Made by a program: the position numbers and the translations under genes. 64,000 bases of DNA from a phage, in assembly GCA_024672315.1 (NCBI GenBank), contig GCA_024672315.1_4714.1. One strand, written 5' to 3'. Shown here one piece after another: positions 9,096-17,774 of this stretch (within the stretch, counting starts at the first letter, position 1; each line of letters opens with the position of its first letter). The notes under the pieces are model-generated. The model worked only from the letters and a program-made list of their open reading frames with translations. It ran no database searches and had not been told where the DNA came from.

Positions 9096-10076
9096 TTAGA
9101 AAAGCAAGAAACCGCTATTCTTCGCTTCCGCTACAGTTTCGTCACCAACTTTCGGTGCCTGTTGACGTGCGTTACGATGTTCGATGTAACGTTTCGCTTC
9201 GTCCGCGATCTGTTTGATAATACCCCCTAAACGATCGGTACTTAAAACAAACGACGTCGCTTCACGAATCGGGCTGCTTTCAGGCACAAAACCATCACAG
9301 CTGTAAATAGCGCTAACGCCCATGACTTTGGTCGCGTCTTTCGGATAAAGCGTACAGAAAGCAATCGGGCTATCGTTCTCTTTCGTCCAATCGTATCCCA
9401 TGAACGTATTCAGTTCGGTGATCGTTGGTTCCAAACCGGTAACACGCGGATGGTTTAAGAAGTTTTCCAGGTCGGCGCTGTCAAGACGACGGTTCTCGCC
9501 AGAAAACAGAACACAAAGCTGGCTAATAACAACCTGCACGTCCAGGTTGACATCCTGCTCCGATTTCCCATTTTCGCCATTCATGTGATAGCTAACAATC
9601 ACTGGACGTTTCAACCCTTCTGCGGCTGCCATCAGTCCTTTGAAGGTGCGATCGGCGTTGATCGTCTGACGCTCATCATCGAACGAGGCAACGATACAAC
9701 ACACCACACGTTCACCGCGTTCCAGCAGATTAGCAACCAACGCAGGACCGGCAACAGAACCTGAACCACCGCTCAAACTAAAGACCACGATATTAAATTT
9801 ACCTGGCGTATGCTTATTGAGAATACCTGGGATTTGTGAACAGATCAGCTCAGCGTTCTCATCACGCTTCTTACCGGAACCGTCTAGCTCACGACCAGCT
9901 GCATCTTTAAAGATGTAAATATGATCGTCGCCCAGTGTGCTATCGCGTAGGTTAGCGCGGCTGGTATCAACATACGTCATGCTGTGTAATCCTTTCGCGA
10001 CTTCGCCTTCAAATGCTGAGCCGATTTCGCCACCACAACCACCGACAGCCCAAATATGTACTTGGTTCTCTTGCAT
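9096..10076 (-). CDS. phuZ: Phage tubulin/FtsZ-like GTPase (PhuZ-like)
   Basis: N-terminal IWAVGGCGGEIGSAF (GGxG nucleotide-binding loop) and FSLSGGSGSVAGPALVANL matching the tubulin GGGTGSG signature; 326 aa, as for PhuZ of phiKZ-like phages. Confidence 0.85.
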   Translation of the reverse strand: MQENQVHIWAVGGCGGEIGSAFEGEVAKGLHSMTYVDTSRANLRDSTLGDDHIYIFKDAAGRELDGSGKKRDENAELICSQIPGILNKHTPGKFNIVVFSLSGGSGSVAGPALVANLLERGERVVCCIVASFDDERQTINADRTFKGLMAAAEGLKRPVIVSYHMNGENGKSEQDVNLDVQVVISQLCVLFSGENRRLDSADLENFLNHPRVTGLEPTITELNTFMGYDWTKENDSPIAFCTLYPKDATKVMGVSAIYSCDGFVPESSPIREATSFVLSTDRLGGIIKQIADEAKRYIEHRNARQQAPKVGDETVAEAKNSGFLLF

Positions 10077-10140
10077 GTGAACTCCTAACTTAATATGTAT
10101 TTAACGCACAATGAATCTTACTTTGCTAAAGGGGTGACCC

Positions 10141-10983
10141 ATGGGTGCTATTGACTACAGTGTAGATCGTATCTGTCGTACAATACCGGCAGATATCCTA
10201 CAGTATTGCTATATCGATCGTTACGACTGGCGTAATCGCTATCCTCGTTCCGTAGAAGACATCATTACCGATTGGGTAATCCGTAAACGGGTTATCGGCG
10301 ACATCGATATCTACGGGGGACTACAAACCGTTATTCCCCTTGATGATGCCGGTGTCACTATCGAAGAAGTCACCATTAACTGTTATGTTTTCCACATCCC
10401 GTTGGAAGCCACGCAGGGACGTTATATCACGTCTGCATTATCCATTATTTCAGGGAGCGTGAACAACTACGGAATAAACTATAACGGTCAATGGGGCGCT
10501 TTCAACCAAACCCAATTTCAACGTCAGCTTTGCGGATGGAACCCCGCAAGCAACACATTACAGCAAGGGATGAACGCGTTCGGTCCCATGAACGTTCTTA
10601 GTACAGCCAACGTTGATATCATCGCCCCTAACACCATCATGGTGAACAACGTCACGCCTGTACAATTTCCCCTGAGTCTACGTTGTTTCCTTGCCCACGA
10701 TCCGGAACTTACTAACCTCAGCATGGAGGTTTGGAACGACTTCTACAAACTCTGTTTATACGCCACACAAAGTGACATCTACAACAGAACCGTTATCCGT
10801 CTTGATAGAGGTGTTACAGCACAAGGACAAGAAGTCGGTGCATTCAAGGAATACATCGATCGCTTTGCTGATGCTGAAAACACATATCAGGAATTCCTGA
10901 ACGAAACGTGGGCTGGCGTTGCTGCCTGGAACGATCCACAAACTAAACGTCGCGCCATTCGTTTGCAAACCGGTTACTTCTGA
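10141..10983 (+). CDS. Hypothetical protein (280 aa)
   Basis: ORF divergent from phuZ. Confidence 0.6.
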   Translation: MGAIDYSVDRICRTIPADILQYCYIDRYDWRNRYPRSVEDIITDWVIRKRVIGDIDIYGGLQTVIPLDDAGVTIEEVTINCYVFHIPLEATQGRYITSALSIISGSVNNYGINYNGQWGAFNQTQFQRQLCGWNPASNTLQQGMNAFGPMNVLSTANVDIIAPNTIMVNNVTPVQFPLSLRCFLAHDPELTNLSMEVWNDFYKLCLYATQSDIYNRTVIRLDRGVTAQGQEVGAFKEYIDRFADAENTYQEFLNETWAGVAAWNDPQTKRRAIRLQTGYF

Positions 10984-11510
10984 TTAACGATAGCTTCCTC
11001 CCTCGGTGTTTTCGAGGGAGGTATTTGCCGTTTAAACACTTTCAGCACGTTCGTAAATTCAGCAGCAATAATACAGGCCGAGGTTGATAGCTTATTGCTG
11101 AAAATGAGATCGTCCGGTAAACAATCGAACTGAATACCGTATTGCGTCTTTGTCTCATCAACGATCAATGACGGTGTCGATCTTGTCTTCGCAATGTCGG
11201 TGATATACAAACGTAAAAATAATTCACCGTCTTCGCTATCCATAAAACGATAGGCGTTACCAGAAAACGCAACACATGGTGTAACGATAAATTGAACACG
11301 ATCGTCGATCGGATGGATATTTAACCAACGTTCGATATCATTACTACTCACATTTTGCATATTTACTACGGTAAAAGCAAATAGCGTATCGTGATGCTTG
11401 GAATAATGCAGCACATACGCCGCACCTTTCTTTTTGTGAATCCCTTCAATGTATTCTATTGTCGTATAGCCGGATTTATATAGCTTTACTTGCGGTTTCT
11501 CACTCATCAT
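10974..11510 (-). CDS. Hypothetical protein (start re-assigned to MMSEKPQV)
   Basis: ATGATGA overlap with the upstream stop at 11507-11509; the track start at 11591 would overlap the upstream gene by 85 nt. Confidence 0.5.
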   Translation of the reverse strand: MMSEKPQVKLYKSGYTTIEYIEGIHKKKGAAYVLHYSKHHDTLFAFTVVNMQNVSSNDIERWLNIHPIDDRVQFIVTPCVAFSGNAYRFMDSEDGELFLRLYITDIAKTRSTPSLIVDETKTQYGIQFDCLPDDLIFSNKLSTSACIIAAEFTNVLKVFKRQIPPSKTPREEAIVNQK

Positions 11511-11806
11511 AACAGCCCTTCCCGTTTCATCGCAGCGCGCATACTTGCGTAAAGCGCATTCTTCATCGCACCTGGACGCAACGGATAACAAATCTCATAT
11601 CGACGTCCTTGTTTTACAGCAATTTTCCTTCCGTTCAGAAACAACGTGCCATTATCCAACAACAACTCACCTTGTAGTATCATGAGTCCTGCTTTAACAT
11701 GACGTCCTTCTTCTTTCGTTAAGACCTTATAGCCGTGTTTATCCAATAACCACAATTCGTAGATACCATGCGCAGCCTTCGGCATTACTTTCTTCTTCGT
11801 CGTCAT
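11507..11806 (-). CDS. Hypothetical protein (99 aa)
   Basis: ORF in minus-strand operon. Confidence 0.5.
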   Translation of the reverse strand: MTTKKKVMPKAAHGIYELWLLDKHGYKVLTKEEGRHVKAGLMILQGELLLDNGTLFLNGRKIAVKQGRRYEICYPLRPGAMKNALYASMRAAMKREGLL

Positions 11807-11818
11807 GGAAGATCCTCC

Positions 11819-12193
11819 TTAAACTCCTTGTCGGATCATCACCAACCGGAGCATGTTGTATTCCAATGTAGCGCTTTCTAATTCGAATTCATATCGATAC
11901 CAGAAATTCGGCTCTAATTGACCTACAACACATTTACGAACATCTGTCTGCACCTTCCTCGACAGCACCTGTAACAGTTGTGTTATCTCCGGCTTGAAGT
12001 AATGCGCCAAACCTAACTGATCAGAATAAAACAGGCCACAATCAAAGATGGCCTGTAAAATAACATATTCAACCATCAGGTGACGCGCATCGGGGTCAGG
12101 GAATGGCGAACGTAAAGCGAGGTCTAACACATCGACGATTGGGCCGACATAAATGGCGGCGCGGTACTCACGAATAACACTGATGTTATCCAT
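11819..12193 (-). CDS. Hypothetical protein (124 aa)
   Basis: ORF in minus-strand operon. Confidence 0.55.
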   Translation of the reverse strand: MDNISVIREYRAAIYVGPIVDVLDLALRSPFPDPDARHLMVEYVILQAIFDCGLFYSDQLGLAHYFKPEITQLLQVLSRKVQTDVRKCVVGQLEPNFWYRYEFELESATLEYNMLRLVMIRQGV

Positions 12194-12206
12194 GGTAGCC
12201 TATTCA

Positions 12207-13031
12207 TTAACTATCGCTTTCTGATGTATCGACGTAGTTGAAAATACGATCCCGTAAACACTCGTAACGAGGCAACGCGCTAAGAATGATCATCTTCAAC
12301 TGCATCGCGATCGATACGCGTTCTTCATCCGATGCATCATCTCCCCATTTACCCGGCTTAACCTGAATAGGTTCATGCGGATCCTGCGGGAATATAAAAC
12401 TTAACAACAGATAATCCGTACGGAACTCCCACACTTCTCGACCGTCGTTATCGGTTTCTTTACGTAACGTGAAGAGTTGACGTTCGGTGGTTGGATCCAG
12501 CATCAGCGGTCGACCACGAACAATCTCCAGTTTACGTGGGCTGACGAACGTCGTACGTTCGGGAAGGTATTTTTCAACATCATCCGTATCCAACAAGAAC
12601 AAAATGATGTCGTCGAAATACTTCGGTGCGTACGTGTGTATCGGTTCACCGTCGCTATACGAAGAGATCTCTTGGAGTATTGGTGTCTTACACGAAAAGT
12701 TCTGGCATGAACCACGGGTGATCGGTAAGGTGGTCCATTGATGTTCTGTAGACAATTCAACAGGCACCAACGGATAGTCATCAATGAATACCACACACGT
12801 TGTGCTAATGGGTATTCTTCCGTCATTACCCGGTTCAAAAACCAAACGTATCTTACCAGTAATCAGCGCCATCTCATCTGGCATTAAATGGCTTGCTGAC
12901 CGGGCAAGTCTGAAACCGCTCGCCTGTTTATAAGGTTCGGGTTTATAGCCACGGACAATAAGAGAGACATCCGCAAGTTCAACGCTCACGAATGCATCTT
13001 TGGTGTCTTCATTGTTCGTCGTTAACGTCAT
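12207..13031 (-). CDS. Hypothetical protein (274 aa)
   Basis: ORF in minus-strand operon. Confidence 0.6.
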   Translation of the reverse strand: MTLTTNNEDTKDAFVSVELADVSLIVRGYKPEPYKQASGFRLARSASHLMPDEMALITGKIRLVFEPGNDGRIPISTTCVVFIDDYPLVPVELSTEHQWTTLPITRGSCQNFSCKTPILQEISSYSDGEPIHTYAPKYFDDIILFLLDTDDVEKYLPERTTFVSPRKLEIVRGRPLMLDPTTERQLFTLRKETDNDGREVWEFRTDYLLLSFIFPQDPHEPIQVKPGKWGDDASDEERVSIAMQLKMIILSALPRYECLRDRIFNYVDTSESDS

Positions 13032-14046
13032 TGTTCATTTTCTCCATTGCAACGAATCGTTCAAGCTCGCGTAATAAACGCTCTTTTAACGCAGGATCAA
13101 CTTCCGGAGCATGTTTATCACGATACCATTCGGTCCCGTTGTATTGCAGGCTAACATGCCACGTTCCTAACGGGCTTTCCTCTGCAGCAGCGATGAAATT
13201 CTTAACGCCGGTTTTGGTAGGATACTCCATGATAGGAACAGCCTGCTTCAGATCCATTACGGTAAGATCCTGGAAGTTATAATCCAGAAGCGTTAACGCA
13301 CGTTTGTCGCGTAACAGTAACCCGCAATCCAAGATGGTGAAATCAATACCCCAGAAACGTAACTTACCTCCAACCCCAACAGGAGTGTGACCACGATAAA
13401 CCGCGAGATAAATCTCACCTTTATCGGTTTCTTTGTTGTATCCAGCAATAAAAGCGGCTGTGATTAATGGTTGGTGTCCTTTCGCTAAGAAGACAGGGTG
13501 GTTATGATACAACCAGTCACTACGAATCAGATCGGTAACCTGACCTAAACGTGCTGTTGGTACCATCACCGATCCCAGAGTCTCATCAACAGGAACCTGG
13601 TAATATTCAAACAGAACACCATCGATTTCTTCGGTAGCGTAAGGCGTACGTGTAGGATCGTTAAGGAGTTTACGGAGTTTTGTGTCGATTTCGTTAACAC
13701 GGCTACCCTGCTCTTTCTCACGACTGCCGATAACAAAAGCAACAAGATTGCGCACGCTAACAAAAACATCATCTTTCTCAGTGTCGCTGAGATCAGCTTC
13801 ATCCGGCATTGTTGTCCAATGTAACGGACCTTCAACAACCTTAAGCCATTTATCTTCACGTTCAGGATAAACAAAAGGCTTATGCACAGGAACACTGGTG
13901 TGCTGAACTCGCAATAACAGGCTACATAACGGCGGTAATGTTTTCTCTAGAGGAGGAACAATACCTGAGGTAACGGAAATAACGTAACGATTAAGAACAA
14001 GAGAAGCTGAATAAGTGATGTTATCTAATCCTGGTAATTGATCCAT
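13009..14046 (-). CDS. Hypothetical protein (345 aa)
   Basis: ORF; a 305-nt AT-rich intergenic region lies upstream. Confidence 0.6.
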   Translation of the reverse strand: MDQLPGLDNITYSASLVLNRYVISVTSGIVPPLEKTLPPLCSLLLRVQHTSVPVHKPFVYPEREDKWLKVVEGPLHWTTMPDEADLSDTEKDDVFVSVRNLVAFVIGSREKEQGSRVNEIDTKLRKLLNDPTRTPYATEEIDGVLFEYYQVPVDETLGSVMVPTARLGQVTDLIRSDWLYHNHPVFLAKGHQPLITAAFIAGYNKETDKGEIYLAVYRGHTPVGVGGKLRFWGIDFTILDCGLLLRDKRALTLLDYNFQDLTVMDLKQAVPIMEYPTKTGVKNFIAAAEESPLGTWHVSLQYNGTEWYRDKHAPEVDPALKERLLRELERFVAMEKMNNDVNDEQ

Positions 14047-14301
14047 GATAGAAATCCTTAGTATATTTGATATGTTGTTTAATTGACATATTAAGTTTAA
14101 AAGAGGTTATGTTTTACGTATTGTTAATAACGTATTCTTATCTCTATTAAGTTATGTTCTATCTAAAGATAGTAAACAGATATAATGCTCCCCACCTCCC
14201 CATTCTCCCAAGTAATACTGGCCTACCGGCCCTCTCCTTTTTAAGGGAGAGAGTAAGCATTCAGTATTGCTCAAATGAATAAGCAAAACAGTATAAACTT
14301 A

Positions 14302-14325
14302 CCGTCTCGAGATAACTCGAGACGG
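14302..14325 (-). terminator. Perfect 10-bp hairpin CCGTCTCGAG-ataa-CTCGAGACGG (candidate intrinsic terminator)
   Basis: Located 27 nt downstream of the stop of gene 14352-14705 on the minus strand, followed by a moderately U-rich tract. Confidence 0.5.
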
Positions 14326-14351
14326 CGTAGTATCTGTTTATCTCTTTTATG

Positions 14352-14705
14352 TTAACAGCCTATTTCTGCATGAACCTTTAACGATTCGAATACATCTTCC
14401 TTCTTTATCATCGTCTTGTATAAACGTGATTGAGCAATGATCTTTATCCATTGTTGCGGATCGCGTAAATTCACATTTTCAAAACGGGGTGGGGTATTAT
14501 CTCCGTCGAGTCGGATATACCCTAAGAGCAATCCTTCATGGTGTCCTCGACGGATTTCGATATGCGGTTTGAGGAAGATGCGGTTATCTGGTGGATACCA
14601 GCTTACGGTGTAATAATGGTTTCCTGAAACAACGAACTCATGAACGGTTTTTGTTTCATCATCAATGACCGCGTTTACGCTGGGAATCATTAATTTTTGA
14701 AGCAC
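14352..14705 (-). CDS. Hypothetical protein (117 aa)
   Basis: ORF. Confidence 0.55.
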   Translation of the reverse strand: MLQKLMIPSVNAVIDDETKTVHEFVVSGNHYYTVSWYPPDNRIFLKPHIEIRRGHHEGLLLGYIRLDGDNTPPRFENVNLRDPQQWIKIIAQSRLYKTMIKKEDVFESLKVHAEIGC

Positions 14706-15289
14706 GGGACATAAACCTCCATCAACATCGCATAAAGCGCACCAAGCCCATGCAGGACTTGGTTAGGTGCAAAGGTCGGTGTGTAACATACTTGTTCGGT
14801 TGGTGCTTGTTGACGTAAGTCTAGCGGATCCCCGTTAATAAGCATCTGCAGGAGATCGGCGTCATCTTGCAATGTGTCTTCATCGATGTATGCGTCAACA
14901 CAAAGCAGTCGGTGTAACTGTTCTGGTTTAATTGAAATACCGACAACCATGCAGTTGTTGTAAGTGGCGTTGTCCAGAAAGAAGTGAATGACACCCGCCT
15001 GAGGATCGCCACCGTAGTGGAGCCAACGCGTAAAGCCAGCCGACATCATCCATAGCGGGTTGTGTTGTAACGCACTGACGACGCGGGTCTCGAATTCCAA
15101 ACCAAACTTCTGGAAGATCGCACCCATCTGGAAACGATCTTCATCGAGACGGTAGCGGAATATACAAGCATCCGATCCCGTTGAGTTGTCGTACACCGAA
15201 AGATACCCACGATGGATTTCCACGGTAACATTGTTGTCGTCAAGCGTAGCGCTCGCAACGCCGTTAGAAAAGGTTGGAACAAAGCTCAT
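14690..15289 (-). CDS. Hypothetical protein (199 aa)
   Basis: ORF. Confidence 0.55.
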   Translation of the reverse strand: MSFVPTFSNGVASATLDDNNVTVEIHRGYLSVYDNSTGSDACIFRYRLDEDRFQMGAIFQKFGLEFETRVVSALQHNPLWMMSAGFTRWLHYGGDPQAGVIHFFLDNATYNNCMVVGISIKPEQLHRLLCVDAYIDEDTLQDDADLLQMLINGDPLDLRQQAPTEQVCYTPTFAPNQVLHGLGALYAMLMEVYVPCFKN

Positions 15290-15837
15290 CTTGTAATCCT
15301 TAATTTACCTGAATGAATTATTGTTGACGGGTCCACGACGCGACCGTATTTCGCATTACGTAATACACGATGTCCAAAGAAGTCGGCGGTTTCCAAAACA
15401 ACCGTGTAACAACCCAGCTGATGTTGATGTCCCCAAAACCGTTCAATGGGAATCCAGCAGGGCGACATGCCTTTGTGTCGCCAATCCGTAACACAACCGA
15501 ATTCAGCAAACTGTTCAGTAAACCACTCGTCAATGTCGGTATCCGTAAAGAGAAATACGTGGTTTTTAACCAGATAAGCGAACCCAGGATAAAAAAGCTG
15601 AGGGTCATCCGGGTCACGTAGATAAACACGAAGTTTGTCTAGCGTACCCTCGACAACGATTGTATCGGGTAATCCTGGCGGCGTGAACCGAAGTTGGAAG
15701 TTATCCTCGTTTGCCGAGGCGTTAACCAAATACCCCAGTTGAAGGGGTCGATGCAGTTCGAAAAGGTTAAACGTTAATGCATATTCGATATACTCTAATC
15801 CTATATTCATGTCTGACCTATGTGGTATGGACGGCAT
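15286..15837 (-). CDS. Hypothetical protein (183 aa; start could be ATG at 15810)
   Basis: ORF; a GHQHQ histidine motif is noted but not assigned to a family. Confidence 0.55.
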   Translation of the reverse strand: MPSIPHRSDMNIGLEYIEYALTFNLFELHRPLQLGYLVNASANEDNFQLRFTPPGLPDTIVVEGTLDKLRVYLRDPDDPQLFYPGFAYLVKNHVFLFTDTDIDEWFTEQFAEFGCVTDWRHKGMSPCWIPIERFWGHQHQLGCYTVVLETADFFGHRVLRNAKYGRVVDPSTIIHSGKLRITR

Positions 15838-15942
15838 TGCATTGCCTTCCGCGAGTGTAATCAGGAAGGTAATGTAGGTTTATTTTAATCTCCATTTCGC
15901 GATGATATGACAGTCTTTATTACGTTTACCATCTGAGGGAGC

Positions 15943-17187
15943 ATGCTCATGTCTTCTATTTTACAGGTGTTTAATGCGCATGCGGAAGGCATTGACATCG
16001 ACGAGTATTTTGTTAATCAGGTTATCCGTTACGCGACACGCTTCCGTACGCAAGACCAAGAACATATGCGTTTTTTCGGTGGGGTTCTGTTAGGTGTACA
16101 GAAAATCCGATTCACAACAAGACATAACGATATGTGGTTTTCCGACGTCTTGATGATGGATGAAGAAAGCTTACGGCGCGATTTGAGTAAACTGCCCTTT
16201 TACAATACACAGACCAACCGTGTCGCCTCGAACGCCTTTAATCTAAGTTGCTGTTGGTTGCTTTATGCGATCTTCCACAGCAAACAAATCAAAAAAGAAA
16301 AGGTTCGTGAAGCCGGGATGCTTGCAGCAATGCAAGTCCTCCATTATAAATTCATTTGCGGTCTGGTAGCACGACGTTATCCTTATAACGCTGATCCGGC
16401 TATCGCTATTAAGGCGTACGATGAGTTAACACTCAAATCAGGCATCAAGCGCATGAATAGCTGGAATGAGTACATCGACGAACGCTGTAATGCCATCATT
16501 GCGCGCAATAGTACACATTTCAGTCGCTGGTCAACCCTGGAACCTGATAGTGTCGCCGAACGTTTTGTACGTGATGTGAATACTGGAATCCGTAAGGTTA
16601 TCAACCGTATCACCGATACGTACTACGCGATGTACGAAGAAGGTAAGAAGATAGGCACGTCTTCTCAAACTGTAGAATTAGACGATGGTCTCGCTGTTCG
16701 CGATATTAAACGCAACGAAACCACTTATCGTCAATATCTGTTCGAGATCGCTTATGACCGAACAAGTTTCGTTAAACGTGAACTCATGGTCGTCATCCTC
16801 GACGTGCATCATACGACCAATCTTTTATCCCTTGAGCGAGCGTTAAGCTATATCAGCGCTAACGTAGAACGACCGACAAGAGACGGAAAACAGGTCTCTC
16901 AGATGTTGCGGCTTGTAATGGAACATGCTATCGAGTATATCATCTTGAATAAGGTCGATATGCGCGATCTCACGTTCTTATTCTACATGCGTAACGTGTA
17001 CACGTCTAACCGTACCAGCAACCCGAAACTGTTAGAGCTGCGTAAACTCGGCTCTGAAGTCATTAAGAAAGCAACCAACGCGAGAAACGACGCTGAAGCC
17101 GCAGCGACACGTACCGGTGTCTTTCTGTATATCCTGCTTCGGGTGTTTAGCCGTAACTATTACGTTCGACGTGCGATGTCACGTTAA
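15943..17187 (+). CDS. Hypothetical protein (414 aa)
   Basis: ORF with a GGGAGC RBS-like sequence upstream. Confidence 0.6.
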   Translation: MLMSSILQVFNAHAEGIDIDEYFVNQVIRYATRFRTQDQEHMRFFGGVLLGVQKIRFTTRHNDMWFSDVLMMDEESLRRDLSKLPFYNTQTNRVASNAFNLSCCWLLYAIFHSKQIKKEKVREAGMLAAMQVLHYKFICGLVARRYPYNADPAIAIKAYDELTLKSGIKRMNSWNEYIDERCNAIIARNSTHFSRWSTLEPDSVAERFVRDVNTGIRKVINRITDTYYAMYEEGKKIGTSSQTVELDDGLAVRDIKRNETTYRQYLFEIAYDRTSFVKRELMVVILDVHHTTNLLSLERALSYISANVERPTRDGKQVSQMLRLVMEHAIEYIILNKVDMRDLTFLFYMRNVYTSNRTSNPKLLELRKLGSEVIKKATNARNDAEAAATRTGVFLYILLRVFSRNYYVRRAMSR

Positions 17188-17339
17188 CAATGTAACGGTA
17201 AAACTTTACTGACGTTGGTTATTATTTGAAGCATAGGGCTTCACCCAGGAGTACCATCCCTTTAAGTCGTTTGTCCTCTCCTGGTTAACTGTCGTTCTCT
17301 CACAGTGCTCGACAGACCAAAAATGCTCAGGCCTCATAG

Positions 17340-17368
17340 CCTCCTCTGGGAATGGAACCCAGAGGAGG
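17340..17368 (+). terminator. Perfect 11-bp hairpin CCTCCTCTGGG-aatggaa-CCCAGAGGAGG
   Basis: Downstream of the + gene ending at 17187; followed by ACTATGTTTGCC. Confidence 0.5.
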
Positions 17369-17380
17369 ACTATGTTTGCC

Positions 17381-17689
17381 TTAAAATTCAATGCGACCTT
17401 TTGTCGTAAACAATACACCTCTTTGCCAACAGAAAAGATCCTCCGATTGAGCACAAACACGAATACCCGCATCGAATAGATGTTTTGTTCTGGCGCTTAA
17501 ACAATCTGGATCTTCTACATACAACAGAAGACGTTGGCATTTATTTTGAATGCGTTCGACAAGGATATTCTTATCGCTTAAAATAAAATGCGCGTTATCT
17601 GTTAAGTTATCGTCGGTTTCCAGCTGCTTGACAAGTTTGATTAAAATACGTAATTGCTCAAGTGTGTCATGATCAAGTGAATCACCCAT
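17381..17689 (-). CDS. Hypothetical protein (start re-assigned to MGDSLDHD)
   Basis: ATG at 17689 preceded by TGAGGTACGCC (RBS). Confidence 0.5.
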   Translation of the reverse strand: MGDSLDHDTLEQLRILIKLVKQLETDDNLTDNAHFILSDKNILVERIQNKCQRLLLYVEDPDCLSARTKHLFDAGIRVCAQSEDLFCWQRGVLFTTKGRIEF

Positions 17690-17774
17690 GGCGTACCTCA
17701 ACGTTATACGTCGTTTGTATTATAATACGCTATAGTCTCCCCGCCTATATTAACGGGGAGTCTGCAGACTACTC

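Noticed and set aside
14047-14351. Sigma70-type promoter (TTGACA at about 14083 and TATAAT at about 14184) in the AT-rich intergenic region
   Set aside because: The two hexamers are about 95 nt apart, far from the 17-nt spacing required; phiKZ-like phages are also thought not to rely on host RNAP. Left as unassigned AT-rich regulatory DNA.
17206-17472. Minus-strand ORF 17206-17472 spanning the 15943-17187 / 17381-17689 intergenic region
   Set aside because: It overlaps the strong terminator hairpin at 17340-17368 and the 3' end of the neighbouring gene; its translation is low-complexity.
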